A stretch of 64,000 nt of DNA, from NCBI GenBank assembly GCA_002104905.1, contig MCFE01000330.1, positions 1 to 64,000 on the forward strand, given 5' to 3'. Under the pieces are notes generated by a model. The model saw only the letters and a program-made list of their open reading frames with translations, searched no databases and had not been told where the DNA came from. The position numbers were made by a program, and so were the translations under genes. Below are positions 1-13,548 of this stretch, piece after piece. This DNA comes from Basidiobolus meristosporus CBS 931.73 (Eukaryota; Fungi; Basidiobolomycota). Numbering within the stretch: position 1 is the stretch's first letter; each line of letters starts with the position of its first letter.

Positions 1-418
1 TCTATGTATTGAATACCTCCACAATTCTGAGGAATTAGCCAAAACATCATCAAACATTAGCTTCAAAGTAAACTGGTCAAGAGCAGGATCAGAGCATATT
101 AATCGTTGGTAGCGACAAAGTTGGTGTATGAGTGGCATGGTTGGACCCACACTAGCTACCAAACAGTGGTGCTAAAAATGTATGAACCCAAGTGGACATG
201 AGATAATATCATGTAGCATCGCCCGTTACTAATCACAGGTATACAAGAATCGGTCCCTCAAATCACATGGATACCCCAATTCTCCAATGTTCTGCGTGAT
301 GACCAATAGGAGGAGTACTGCGATATGGGAAGGTCAGAATGACGATAGGTCGAGGTTAGACCAAAAACCTCTTGACTCTCAGCAGAAACCACTGCACTTC
401 GATTCACTTAGTTTCCAC

Positions 419-652
419 ATGACTTTACTTGCACAAGTGGCCCGCAGAACTGTTACTGGCGCCCCCAGGAGATTTTACGCCTCCTCCGCCCGCCAACAGC
501 AACCGCAGCAACAACAGCAACGCACCAAGTTTCGTGAAAACCTCCGAAAGCTAGGGGAGACCAAGGTTGGCGATTATGTTACCGACACCACCCGCCCATT
601 GTTCATAGTCGCAGGGGTTGCGGTCATTGCGAAGCTCATAATTGGCTCCTGA
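419..652 (+). CDS. Small (77 aa) putative mitochondrial single-pass membrane protein
   Basis: From ATG 419: MTLLAQVARRTVTGAPRRFYASSAR is Arg-rich and acid-free, like a mitochondrial presequence. It is followed by a poly-Q tract and a C-terminal hydrophobic segment (LFIVAGVAVIAKLII). The upstream in-frame extension from 287 does not look protein-like. Confidence 0.6.
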   Translation: MTLLAQVARRTVTGAPRRFYASSARQQQPQQQQQRTKFRENLRKLGETKVGDYVTDTTRPLFIVAGVAVIAKLIIGS

Positions 653-1294
653 AGCCTGCAGCTACAAGCCTATTCGCCTGTAACTGCCCACTCTCCCCTT
701 ATGTGCACTTGCTCTGGTGCCTCCATCCTGGAAGTACCGAGAAAATTACTAAATGCGCTAAGCCTTTCGGAACAGTCTCAATAAAATCCTTTGCTTTTTG
801 TTGACCGTCACCTATGGTACTGCTCTATCTCTACTAGGCTGTTGTGGCGTTAATATGGGGTACATATACGTATATAGACTGTACCTCTTATGTTCTATCT
901 AAATATGCGTGTATCGGTAGACACCAAATACTTTTCCACGCCAACCAGTGAACACGAGTGGCTCGCAGCGACTGAACTCACTCATAATGGGGAACGCACT
1001 CTTTTATCTTCAAAGAGGTGGTTTCTTCACCGTTTATTGTTAATTTTGGCACCAATTAGTTGGATAATTACAAAGATATTCATTCACATTTCAACTCTTT
1101 TGTGGGTGGGATGGCTTGCACCGGCGAGTAGGTTCATCCATCGAGGTGAGACAAAAAATTATTGGAAGTCCGGTAGAGACGGTGTGTTTTCACTTGAGGG
1201 CGAGGCGCATTAAAGAGTACAGCCATGCTTTTCGTATGAGTATGCTAAAGGTTAGCACAAATGTAACCATTCGAGGTATCGACGTCGTTTCGCA

Positions 1295-4200
1295 TTATAG
1301 GCGATTCTGGGCCTTGAACTGGTCCCAGGCTTCGTTCAAGGTACTGAAGATACCACTCGCCAGAAGCTTGTGCTCGACAGTTTCGGTCGTGGCGAGCTGA
1401 AAGAAATGTTAGTGTCGGTGAGATCTGGAGGGTACCAAGTAGATCTTACCTTATCCGGATGGAGCTTGGCAATCGCCCTCATGTACTTGGATTTCACTTG
1501 ATTGGGTTGGATGAGATCCTGCAAGCCGCAAGGCTTCCAATTTAGCTCCGGCCACAAAATGGAATCCAACGAAGCGATCATGGCACGCAGGTTCCCTATT
1601 TTGTTGGATCTCCACTGGTTCAACCGATCTTCCACCATATCATTAATGCGCAACTTCTCCTCCTCTTCCTGCTCTGCGAATTTATCTTGCGCCCTGAGTC
1701 GTGCTACGGCCTCACTCTTATCGAGGTCCTCCTTGGACACCCGAGAGTTGCTAGTTGACGAGGCAGGAATGGTGGCGAAACCAAACTCATCTAATTGAGC
1801 ACCAAATGACGACTGGAAGGCCTGTCCGGTGGATGAACTTGGTTGCCCCAAAGAGAATAGATCTGTACTGACAGAGCTCTGTGGCGACTTGGAAACGTTG
1901 GATATCTTGACCTCCGTCTCACCGTTGATCATTTTAATGGCCTTTCGACAGCGGCGGACCCCCTCCAAGCCGGATCTATTACTAGGATCTATAGATAAAA
2001 GCTTGTTGAAATCTTTCTCAGCTTCCTCGTATTTTTCTTTGGATTCGTTTGCCGAGCCACGTCGTGTCAAGGCCTTCACCAGCTGATCCTTGAAATTGAA
2101 TGGGTCATTTGGGGATGGATACAGATAGTTGTCGCTAACCAACTCCACTACCAGGTTACAGTCAGCAACTGCACCATGGTAATCTCCAACCTTGATTCTG
2201 GCCGCTGCTCGGTTATTATGAAGGAGGATTAAGTTATCGTGCTTCGCTGGTAAAGCACTGATGGCCTGGCTGAACATCTCTTCCGCGCCCCCAAATTGAC
2301 CTAGTTTGAATTTCTCATTACCCGCAGTTTTGTGCTTGTCACTGAGTTGTATCTGCTCGGGTGAGGCAGCGACAACCGTTCTGGGAGGGCGTTGGGGCTT
2401 GGGTGCAACAGGTGGTGGAGATGCTGCCGGCTTTTGGGTCCGTTGGTAGCCAGGTGATACTGGTGGCTTGGGTGCTCGCGAAGTTCTGGTTGCGTTCGCA
2501 GAATGTGGCTGGCTGCGCTGATTCCAGGATTCGTTGTCAACCTTTTCAGACTTTGGAGAGGAGAAGAGGTCAGGGTTCCTGTCATCTGCGAAGCGGCTCT
2601 TTTGTCTTGTGTATCCATTCTGCACCTCGTCGTCTGAGCTATCTTCCTCGGCATAATCCTGCATCCAGCGCGGTCTGCCGGTTCTCTTGAATCGATCATC
2701 CTCGTTTTGGAAGTTCTCAGCCCGCTGCTGAATGTCGTCTATACTTTCCCGAATTTTCTCCGATGCTTGTTTCATAAACAAGTTCGCCTTGCTTAGTACA
2801 GAGGCACCTATAGTGCTAGCATTGGACATGAACTTCTCTTTGTGCATCTGAAAGCTGGCCATATCAAAACCGGCTCCCTCACCATCCTGGCGCGTTCTGT
2901 TCTGTGATCCGGATGGGGACTTTTTGCCGGATCTCCACGCAGGAAGGGGGTGTTGGTAGTCGTCCTCGTCGAAACTGCTTCGGGAAGCTTCTGGTCTTCT
3001 GGGAAGAGATGGAATGTTCTTAAATTTATGATGGCTGATCTCGGCCTCGGCATTTCGGTTTTCAACCAGGATGTCAATGGCAGCCTGAACATCATTGTTC
3101 GCGAATTCAAGAGCTGAACGCGCCTGTTCAGGCTCAAAACCCATCTCCATCACCTGGGCAATAAGGTGGTCCATATTAACGTCTACTGGAGATGGAGACT
3201 TGCCTCTATTATCAAATGGCTGGGTCTACCGGCAGATCAATATACCGTTAATACGTTGTTCAGACACCAAAAAACTATAGCGCACTTGTAATTACCTCTT
3301 CTACATACTCTTCGCTGGATGAAGATTCTCCGCCCTCCTCCACACTAATCTTCGGCAAACTCGGAGAGGCCAGGACACCCAAAGGATTGGAGTCTCTTTT
3401 AGAGGGACGCTGTGGAGCGGCTTTTGCTGAAGGGGAAGCGGGGGATGGTGATAGGCCTGTAAAAGCACCAAGGCCAAATGGATCGTCATCGGCTAAAGAC
3501 TAAAGTACAATCAGTTCCTGGTTTGACGGAAAATCCAATGGAAAAATAGAAGCGTTCTTATTGATAGAGGTATGGAAATACTTACAGTAGATTCGCTCTT
3601 AGCCGTGTTGCTACTTTTTTCAAGGAAGTCAAGGTTCCAGGGATCGTTAGCTGGGGTACTAGCCGCCACAGGTTTAGCTGCGCTACGAATGAAAATAACC
3701 AGATACGTTGAGTATCCTACACCTTGCCTGTTGGTAACGAGGCACTACTTACACTAAAGGAGAACTATTCTTTGCTGCAAAGCCATTGGAATTGTTTGTG
3801 TTTGTACTTGGGCCTAGCAGGTCATCAAAGGGATCTACTGAACCTCCGCTTTGTTGTTTGTTTAAGGTAGGGCTTGTTCCAGAGGGTGAGAAAGAGCGAG
3901 AAGGTGCCAACGGAATGGACTTGGTCACTGGCTTAGGGGATTTATTGCCCAATTGCTCCCAGAATTGTTGGTCAGCGGGGGAAGAGCATCTTGAGCCGAG
4001 GGTTTGGGCCTTCTGTTTCTCGAGTTGAAGTTTACGTTGCTCTTCTAGAGAGAGGTTAGCTGTATTATTTTTTTTTGCAGATCCTCCAAGATTGACCAGA
4101 TTTTCAAACGGATCACTGTTCAGCTTGTTGAGTGAAGTCTTGCGCGGGATAGATTGTCCGGATGACGAGCTTCTGGGTGATGTGGATAAAAACGTGTTCG

Positions 4201-4402
4201 TAGGAGAATTCAGAGAAGTCTTCCCGTAAGAACCGAAGGATTGCCCTGGTTTCTGCATCGGAGAGGAGCCGCTTTGCTGGAAGGCAGAGCCGAGGGGTTT
4301 ATTGTTGAAGTTGTTTGAAGGGGAAATTCTGCCATAACCGTTGGGGTTAGGCTGAGGTTTTGAGTTGGCTGTATTCCAAACCAAATCGTTCAGGTCATCC
4401 AT
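1295..4402 (-). CDS. SWA2: Auxilin-like clathrin uncoating co-chaperone (UBA + TPR + C-terminal DnaJ domain), ~942 aa, 5 exons
   Basis: Exons 4402-3753, 3682-3586, 3499-3296, 3225-1450 and 1396-1295 join in frame across GT..AG introns of 53-86 nt. UBA motif (LIAQVMEMGFEPEQARSALEFANNDVQAAIDIL), TPR helices (KTAGNEKFKLGQFGGAEEMFSQAI...LHNNRAAARIKVGDYHGAVADC), J-domain HPDK then LATTETVEHKLLASGIFSTLNEAWDQF, and DPF motifs in the N-terminal region. Confidence 0.9.
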
Positions 4403-5358
4403 TGTCTCTACTGTTGCTAGAAAATATCTCCTCTATGGTATATGGTGGTCTCTTTGTCAACGCTGGATAGTTGTACGGTTAACCTGTCACACTACCTAAA
4501 AATAATATTGAATTTAAATACATCGGGGAAAATGGATCAAGCAAATTGACCTGCAATGAAATCAATTTGGAATTGATTTCGTGGCAAACGCCTGATTTCT
4601 AAAAATATGATCATGTCATTCGGTAGAGAATAAAAGATTATGGGTTCAAGAATCGCCCTCCCCACATACCCTCTGTTGACGACAGAAGCTGCCTACATAC
4701 ATGTAACCAATACACACGACCGAGCAAATATCTCATCAACAAACGTAAACGCAGGCATTTCTACGTCGGCTATCTAGTTTCACAATGCTAGTGGCGGTCA
4801 GCCATTCGAGGACTGATTTAAAGCACAATAACGTGCAGAGCCTCATTAATTGATGTATGCTCACTGTTACAGGTCTTACCTTTTAATAACTCAGTTGGTT
4901 ACATCTTGTGTTGATATCACTCTTAGGTAATGCTCAATATAGAAATGATAGCTTTGATTCGTCATAAACTCTCCCGAATTGACCATTCACACGAATTTAC
5001 TGAGTGAAGCCCATGGTTTGGTGGGCTGAAATCATTTTTGCCTAAGACGGGGTAGAGCCATGATATTTTGTTGGCGGAGTAGGATATTTCAATCATACAT
5101 GCATGTTTATTGAAGGTTCAACAATGATGAAGCGATTGTACCGAGGAGTAAATCTTCCACAAAAAGAAACATGCACATTGAATGCTCGCGTCGAACCCTC
5201 TTCGTATCCGTCAATAAAAATGGTCAAACAAAGCACCGTGAGCTCTACAGCTTTCAAGCTCAAATTCCAACTAAAACTGGTAATTTCTATGGCGATAAAC
5301 AAAAGTGTGGTAGTGAAACAATATATATCAATAAAGCAAAGGGGCGCACAAGGATTTC

Positions 5359-8300
5359 TCACTTCCGTGACCTAGAGGTGGTTGCCTTACCGCGTCCACG
5401 GCCACGGGTAGAAGTGGCCTTGGCTTTGGATGCGGGTGCTTTCTTTTGTTTGATTAACTTATCATCCTCAATGGTCTCTTCATCGCTAGCGTCTTCCGAC
5501 TCTTTCTCAACCACGTCTTCGGTATCAACCACATCCTCCAAATCAGGGACCGGCTCAGATGCTGCTCCACGGCCTGCCTTGACCCCAGAAGGCTTAAGGA
5601 AGGGCGTTGGATGGGACATCTTGTTGTATCTAAATAGAGCAATGTTAGTCGAAACTCCCAGCCATATTGGTTTATGCAGAGCTTACGTTCTGGTGAAGTT
5701 GGATTTGACGCTGGTAGGTATCTTCGATAGGATCTTCTCTCCACTGAAAGAGCCAACACCCATATCAATCAGGCCGTCCCAGTCCTCCTTGTTGATATAA
5801 TATTCGTCCATCAACTCCATAACAGAGGGAATTGCATCGGCTCCTTGATCAATAAGAGGCTGCGACAAGGCGGTGGCCAAAGTTGGAACATAGCCCATAC
5901 GGACCTCGTTCTTATCTCCGGAGATTTTGGTTCTCATGTGGATTTGAAGCTCCTTGAGCATACGAGAATACTTCCCTGCCTTGGAGTTCTGGCCTAACCA
6001 ACCCGGAAACTGATACATACCCTGAGACGCGCCATGGGTAAAGTAGGCAGGTCGAACACACGAGAACGTCGCGTGAACAGGCATCAGTCCCCATTGCTGA
6101 GAGCCGTGGATCAATGAGTCAACCAGATCACCATCGGAGATGGAGTCTGCTGCTTGACTGATCAAGTCTAATGTCCGAGCCATCACTTGCTTCTCAGTCA
6201 TGCGACCCTCTCTAGCCAAAGATGGGTTCATTTTGATGTAGTTTTCTTGGATCATTAGGGGAGCCAGAGAGAAGTCGTGGAAATAGATCTCAATCTTTTC
6301 ATTGAGATTAGCCGAGTTAAAGTTCTGGCCATTGAGGTATTTCCCGACGATCTCGAATGGTCCGTAGCTGATGTGCTTCTCAGCGGCCTTGGCATACTGT
6401 TTGCCTGCATCATAGCTCATGCTTTTTTCCGACAGAGACCAGGTGGAGATCAGATTGAGGACTTGACGAATATCAGACTGCGCGATCGCGACCAGCTGAT
6501 CTACGACATTAGCTTGGATCGAAAGGCCTTCCTTATACGCAATGGACATGATGCGGGAGCGAATCGAAGCGGCTTCTGGTCTTCTGAAGCGCAGGTCCAG
6601 ACAGTAGTTGGCCAGAGAGCGTACTTTGGGGGATTGCCTATCGTTACAGATACAAATGATCGGCACTTGTGTTTTCTTGATGATTAAAATCAGCTCGGCG
6701 ACACCACCACGATCGCCCGCTGACATTCCGTCCACTTCATCCATCACAATGACCTGGGGTTTGCCCGTGTCGCTGGCTTTGGAAGCAGAGGAAGTGAAAT
6801 ATTCGGTCATCGATCTATTGCCGGTCAGCTCACGAATAGTAGAGTCGATGCTCTTTTTACTTCTGGCATCACTGGCGTTAAATTCGAGCACCTGATAGCC
6901 TTCGGCCTTACTGACCAAGTGGGCAGCAGAGGTTTTACCGATGCCTGGTGGACCTGAAAGCAACACGGCCCTGAAATTGGCTGTGCTGTCTTTGCCCTTG
7001 GCCGAGAACTTGTTTTTGCGAGACTGCTTCCATTCTCGAAGCCATGTGGTGAGCCGTTGAATATTTGTTTTGTTGCCGCATAGATCTTTGAGCTCCTTAG
7101 GGGCATATTTATCAGTCCACAGCTGAGAAACAGGCTTGCTTGCACCATTGGCATCCCTAACTGTTGCAGGAATATCAGGAAGCTTCTCGATTTTGATGGC
7201 GCTCTTTTTCCCTTTGGCAGGGTCACTCATGCTAGGATCCCCTTTGCCGGGCGAATCTCTAACGAGCTCAAACAGCCCGTCCTCGTCGATGGTTTTGATT
7301 TTCAATTGCTTAACTTTCTTCAACTTCGATTCGCCTGGATCGTCGCCTACCACAACATAGGTTGTTTTGGAGCTAGGTGCTCCTGTAACCCTACCACCAT
7401 AACGTTTGACGAGGTCCGTTGCTTCTTCGCGAGAAATAGACGAAAGCTCCCCAGTGAAGACGAAGGTAAGTCCAAGTAAGCAATTTTCAGCTCCTTCAGG
7501 GACTTCTTTTGAGCCTGGGGCTTTGGGGCCTGTTTTGTTTTTGTATGCCCAGAAGTTGGGCTTCTTCTTGGGCTGCTCATCTGCCTCTGCCTCCTTCATT
7601 ACAGTATCCTTAGGTTCTTCCTTAACAGGTTTAGCCCTTTTGCGGGGAGCGGGTGCCTCATCCTTCTTGGGAGAATCAACAACAACTGAAACCTTTCTTT
7701 TTTTACTAGGGGTGACTGCGGGTTTGCTGCGGGCTTTGGGTTGGATCATTACTTCATCTTCCTCATTGGTATCGTCGATGTCTTCGGGTAAATCAGCCTC
7801 ATCAATATCATCCTTTTCTTCAGATACTTGATAATCCCCATCATTGTCATTATCGTCTTCATCAGACTCGATCACAACATTTCTCTTTTTCGCCCTTGGC
7901 TGTGGGTGCATTTAAGTCAGTATTCCGAGGGACGAGGAGGTGTACGGAGTTTTGAGGGAAACGTACCTTAGCTTCAGGAGAGATCTGGCTCTTAGCACTT
8001 CTGGTGGGACGAGAGGTCGTGACTGGTTCAGCAACCTCTTTTTTCGCAGATGCCCTAGTGCTACGAGTGGGCTCGTCAGGGGACGGTTTTTCTGGAGATC
8101 CCTTGCTAGCGGTAGAGCTGGCATGACAAGAACAATAAGCATCTGAATCAAGATAAAGTGCGGCCTTTCAGAAGATACCGTTTTGGGGTTTCAGCGGAGG
8201 CTCCGGCTGGCTTACTGGTTGACGAACGCGTCGCCCTGGTACTTCTGCGAACTGGGCGCGTACTGAATTGTGGCTCTTGGAAATTATCGTCGGTATCGTT

Positions 8301-8493
8301 TTCATCCTTTTTGTCTTCGTTCTTCGTTACTTGTTTCTTGGCTTGGGGCTTCTCGGGAGAGGTTTTCTGGCACAAAGCAAAGGAACATGAGTAAACTGGC
8401 ATACTGGTTGCAAACAACAACTGCAGAAACCTTCGCTTTGGGGGCCTTGGATTTGGAGCCATCCGATTTTCCAAAGAAGTTGCGAATATCCAT
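5359..8493 (-). CDS. RFC1: Replication factor C large subunit, ~961 aa, 5 exons
   Basis: Exons 8493-8431, 8366-8179, 8117-7967, 7899-5687 and 5629-5359 join in frame. Start MDIRNFFG, BRCT domain (GLTFVFTGELSSISREEATDLVKRYGGRVTGAPSSKTTYVVVG), LWTDKYAP box, Walker A GPPGIGKT, EFNASDAR, Walker B VIVMDEVDGM, and C-terminal KSNFTRTYNKMSHP. Confidence 0.97.
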
Positions 8494-10279
8494 GTCGTTA
8501 AGGATACTCCGGTCGCACTCTAGGGGAGGAATAGGGCGAAGAGGTGAACGATTATTTGCTCCTCAGGGCGGTGGGCAAACTTCAAAACAAATATTCGTCA
8601 ATTAACCATTCAAATAAAAATAAATCCCGCAATTTGTTTAGAAAACAAACCCACCTTTTTTCAGTATTGGTGGGCTGATTTCTCAATGATCGATGTATTG
8701 AAAAATCGGCTTACCAAATAGCATGACGTGGTTGCAGCACTGGATCAAGCATCACTCTGCATTGATATGCCAGACTATCTTTCTGAGCCAGGCGGACATG
8801 GAAATGCTTCAGCAGTGGCTGACACCAGAACCAGCAGCCACTTGCGTGCACTCCCCATCGAAAGCCCGTCAAACCTGCACTTTTATCGGTGTATAGCTTT
8901 GATGCCATGGTGTCCCAGCATCCGGCTTACACAGCAGCACAGAAAGATTTGTATCCGCGTCATGCGCTTTTTAATCGTGCACATAAGATCAGTCGCATGC
9001 CCTCCAGATGGTCGATTGATACGAAGCCGGCTGGGTGTTCGCCTGGCTGTGTAGCATGGACTAGTTGGTAAATGAATCATCTGTGCTGCCACCCGACTCT
9101 GCAGATCAGCGGCCAGCCTCAGTGACAATTCGACACTCAGAGTCTGATGAGCCTAGGCCACCTCGATTGGTTGTGGTTTTGGTTCCCCGGTTCCCCAACA
9201 ATACATTTGTGCATGACGATCATCAATGCTAGAATGTATTTCAGTCAAACTATGATTCACCAAACGCTCTTTCGAAATTCCAACGTTTCATTGTGACATG
9301 TGACGTATTACAAAGCTCACAGCTGGTGATTATTACTGCGAAAGTTGCCTAACTCAGTTTCTTATTCCCATATTTTCTACCTTATCTCGAACACATTCGA
9401 CCATTAATCAATAGGATTGTTGCTTAATCTCATCTGTGAATCCAATGGTGATTGATTTATCGAGGAGGTGCCTTGTTATTCGTCAAATGAACGTTGCATC
9501 ATATCGAAATCAATAAGCCTGGGTTAGGTTAACATATACTCTGCTGATATAGAATTGCTCTCGACTATACAAGAGCCTTAATAGTTGGCAGAAGTATTCT
9601 TTGTTGAGCTCATTCACACCCTCAAACGCTTGCTATTTCCAGTTTATCCTAGTTTGCTCATTAAGCATCACAGCGAAACCCAGAAGAACACTTCTAGACG
9701 CCGGTTTATCGACTAGCTCTTAAGGTATTGTATATATTCCTCGATGTGCACTTTCTTCTCAAGAGGCACTTTGAGGGGCCCGGCTCGTTTATCCAACAAA
9801 GGTGTGCTTGCTATTGATTTGTTCTTACATATTCTGCACTTCAGGGAAGAGCTTTAAGTATATAGCGCTTCGGGTAGAGCTATAATTCCGCACTATAGAG
9901 GTATATTTGAGACTGGCGACCATTAGTTTGAATAACTAAAGAGTACGACCGTACCTTTGCTCCGTAATATAAGCCAGCAACGTAGTATATTTACCTACTG
10001 CTGAAAGCACCTCCATCAACCAACTAGCACCTAGGTATTTGTGGCGGGACTTTTTTCCTCGTTCTTTGCTAATGCCTTTACAATTATGCGCCTCTATCTT
10101 TCCCGTCGTTCGCCAACTCCAGCGATATCCTGTAGAGAATATTTAGACACTGAAAGATGGAATCTGAGGTATTCTATTCTATTAAACCAATGCTCCCGCT
10201 CAGCGTTTTCCTCTAAGGGACGTTTGAATATTCTGTAAACCATTAGTCCAATATCCCCCGCACTTCGATCCCTGCGACA

Positions 10280-12223
10280 ATGTTCTCTGAAGCCTCGCTC
10301 GCACTTGACTTCGGAGCACCTGACATGATCAGAAAGCCGAGTGCTACGAGCCCTATTCCCGTCAGATCCAACGTTTCTCCTACCTCTAGCTGGAAGGCTG
10401 TTGGAGGGCCAGCTGCCTTCACTGGGTCCTTCTCCAATTCCTCAAGCGAAAGCCCCGATTTCGGGTTGTTTAGGAGATCCTCTGCCGCCAACGTTGGGGG
10501 GTATATCGGAAGGGAGCTTGACGGTGACGTACGTGGGCCAACGCCCTCAGTTGGATCTGGCTCTGTTCCTGCGAGTGGAAACTGGGGTGGATCGGGGATG
10601 TCCTGGAAGAGCCCGAATATTTGGAACGAACAAAATGTTATCCGAACCTCGCCCAACAAAGCAAACGCATATAGACCCGAGAACCTCTCGGGTATCTTAC
10701 CAATAACCGAAGAGCCTATCGCTCAATATCGTCAACAGCGCAGCTTTTCGATCGCCTATGGGCAGCATGGTGCCGATTTTCTCGAAGATCTTGATGAGAA
10801 AGAGAGACAGCGACAGACGTTGGAGGCCCTAGGAGAGGAGTTGACTGAGGAGGAGTATGAGGATATTTTCAAGTTTCGTCATCGATCCAAGTCCTCGTTC
10901 GGTACTTACCACTTTCCTCCGCAACACACCACGCTGAACGATGTTATTCCAGCTCCTCCTGGTTTTGAGAAAGAACGGAACAACAAAGTCCATGGACTCC
11001 ATTCCATATGGGGTCAGCAGCCTGTTGATGCTATCTCAGTAAATCGTAGACGTTCCATTGCAAATCCCGTGAGCATGTGGGATAAAAATATTGGCGCCGA
11101 CCCGGCCGCTGCTGGGATTGGCGCCTACACCCACGCCCTAAACGCAGAAAGATTGGACAGATTGAATCAACATAGAAGATATTCGCTTGCATTATCATCA
11201 TCCGAAAACCAGTTTCCGGACCCATTGCATGAGGCGCAGGTGAATAATAGGTTCGCACGCCTTTTATTTTCATGGTGCTTTGATAGATGTTAACCGTTTT
11301 CCTTGGCAGAACCAATCTTGATGATGGTACAATGGGCGGTAGACGTCATTCAGTCGCTCTCTCTAATCCGTATATGAATAATGCGCAGGCGGATAAAATG
11401 CTCTCGGAAACCCTAGAGTCTATAGAGATCGACGACACTGCCCCAATGGGGGCAGTTGGAACCTCTGCCAAACAATCCGATGAATATGCCGAAACGCAGA
11501 GCAACCACCAACGATCCTACTCTGACCTTGGGAAAGGGGTTCCTCTCAACACCTTACCTAGGCAGAGACCCTTGTATATCGTTGAATTCAAAGCCGGTCG
11601 AACCGACATATACTACACTGCAGAGAATAGCAGCCTGGTTTGCCGAGTAGGGGATTTGGTTATAGTGGAAGCGGATCGCGGGAAAGACTTGGGCAAAGTG
11701 ATCAACGACTCTGTTACCCCCAAGCAACTAGAGCTCCTTCAACAAAACCAAGCTGGGGACAGCGGTTCTGGGGACTCACGACTCGGTAATAAGGAGATCC
11801 AGCCGAAGCTGATATACCATATTGCACAACCCTCCGAGATTGCGCAACTCGCTGCCAAGAGCCAGGACGAGGCCAAAGCCATGTTGGTTTGCCAAACCAA
11901 AGTACGTCAGAAGAAATTACCGATGGAGGTAATGGATGCCGAATATCAATGGTTAGTATAGTATTCATCTCACAGGACACACCTGCCCAACCTTCAGAGA
12001 GCAGCCACTAACCCAAGGACTCCGCCATCGCAGGGATCGCCGTAAGTTGACCTTCTATTTCATCGCGCAGCGCCGCATCGACTTCAGAGAATTAGTGCGA
12101 GACCTGTTCAAGATCTACAAAACCCGAATCTGGATGTGTGCGATGAATACCAATCCCATCACCTCCCTTCTCCGCTCCGCGGAATCTCCATCCCAAAGCG
12201 TAGCCGACGCTGACAAGGAGTAG
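10280..12223 (+). CDS. PSP1 C-terminal domain protein, ~600 aa, 3 exons
   Basis: Exons 10280-11250, 11310-11951 and 12034-12223. PSP1-type motifs [27 protein letters not shown], and DAEYQW|[34 protein letters not shown] restored across the second intron (CTAAC branch site near 12008). Confidence 0.88.
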
Positions 12224-12549
12224 GGAACGATCTTTAGATGTAATTCCTCATGATACTCTACCATTTTCTATACATGTTATCATTGCATATCCATTTCAAT
12301 ATATGTAAACACTTCTCACCTCAACGACTGCTGCCACCATCAAGCATTCACCTCTCATCACTCATAATTAGATCGGATTTCTCGATGCAAGAGGGAAATA
12401 AAGTAGACCTCGGTTGGCCAGTGCTTTTATTTCACTAAATTTTTTGGCCCAACTCAATTATCTGGTATACGAGTGGCCCAGAGGATAGAACTGGCAAGAA
12501 ATTTTACAATCAAGCGGGTCTCGCCGTGGGCCAAGTCAGCCTAACTACT

Positions 12550-13548
12550 TCAGTTCTGCAACAATGTCCAGGCCCTACCAGGGACATTGTTCTCCCACGT
12601 ATCTACACAACCAGCCCCCTGTCCTCCAGGTGTATTGATGCCGCATCTACCAACTATATGTAGTGTCTTGCCTAGTGGCCCGCCGAACTCCAAGTTGGTA
12701 GGGGCCGTGAAAGTGGTTTTGATGATGGAGAGAAGCTGCCCACTGGGGGAGATTACAACCACCTTCTGTCCACCGTTGCGAGTCACAAATAGGTTTCCGG
12801 CGATATCGGTACGCATACCGTCGATGTCGATGCTTTGGGATTGGTCTTGGGCGAAGTCAAAAAAGAGGGTCTTGTTGGATACATCACCTGTTTGGGGGTT
12901 CACCAGATATCTCCAGATCTTGTTACTCACTGGAGTCCCATTCTGGTTCACCGCCTCAGAAAGGTACAGGTATTTGTCATCTGGGCTAAGTTCTATTCCA
13001 TTGGTGCGTCCCAGGAGATCCAGCCGTCTTGGGGTACCTTCCGCGGAGCATACCCAGAGATCACCATCCCCCGTCACACCGTTGCTCTGCCATTTCATCC
13101 CTGACAAAAATAGGAGACCAGACTTGGAGAGTGCAAGGTCATTTGGCTGCAGAATGTTAGGACTAGAGCAATGGTTTTTTGCCGTGATGGTGCCTCCATT
13201 GACGGTTAATCGCACGATCCTGTGGTTGACATAGTCTGCAGCAAATGCAACCGTTTGATTCCCTTTTTGGAATCTAATGGCGTTAAAGGCAGTACCCTGG
13301 GTAGCTTTGTCCTCATAGAATAGCTTCTGATTAGGGGTGATTTGGCCCAGGGTAGCTAGACTCGTACTAGTACCGAAGTTAACCGCGTAGATGTTACCGT
13401 TTTGGTCGACTCCAGCTCCCTCAATGAGGGGGCCGAATTTCGAGCTATTCTGATTGATCAAAGCTTTCGCATTGTATTGAGAGGCGGCTGCATTGATTCC
13501 TAAAGCCCATAATAAATAAAGCATGGAATGTGGCTTGAACGAAAGCAT
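12550..13548 (-). CDS. Secreted SMP-30/gluconolactonase/LRE family six-bladed beta-propeller, paralog 1 (intronless)
   Basis: Signal peptide, then family motifs with metal-binding residues: IEGAGVD, QPNDL, GRTNGIELSPDDKYLYLSEA, DIDGMRTDIAGNLFV, PTNLEFGG. Confidence 0.9.
   Translation of the reverse strand: MLSFKPHSMLYLLWALGINAAASQYNAKALINQNSSKFGPLIEGAGVDQNGNIYAVNFGTSTSLATLGQITPNQKLFYEDKATQGTAFNAIRFQKGNQTVAFAADYVNHRIVRLTVNGGTITAKNHCSSPNILQPNDLALSKSGLLFLSGMKWQSNGVTGDGDLWVCSAEGTPRRLDLLGRTNGIELSPDDKYLYLSEAVNQNGTPVSNKIWRYLVNPQTGDVSNKTLFFDFAQDQSQSIDIDGMRTDIAGNLFVTRNGGQKVVVISPSGQLLSIIKTTFTAPTNLEFGGPLGKTLHIVGRCGINTPGGQGAGCVDTWENNVPGRAWTLLQN

Noticed and set aside
287-418. N-terminal extension of the first ORF (121 aa version)
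   Set aside because: The track start is not supported as a real initiation site, and the presequence-like signal begins at ATG 419.
4870-4930. TAACTCAGTTGGTTA, resembling a tRNA D-arm
   Set aside because: No T-loop (GTTCRA) or acceptor stem at the proper spacing.
890-8605. Numerous 60-210 aa ORFs antisense to or overlapping SWA2 and RFC1
   Set aside because: These are shadow frames of real coding exons with no independent motifs.
8711-9128. Cluster of short ORFs between RFC1 and the PSP1 gene
   Set aside because: No recognisable motifs or consistent splice pattern; it cannot be distinguished from intergenic sequence.
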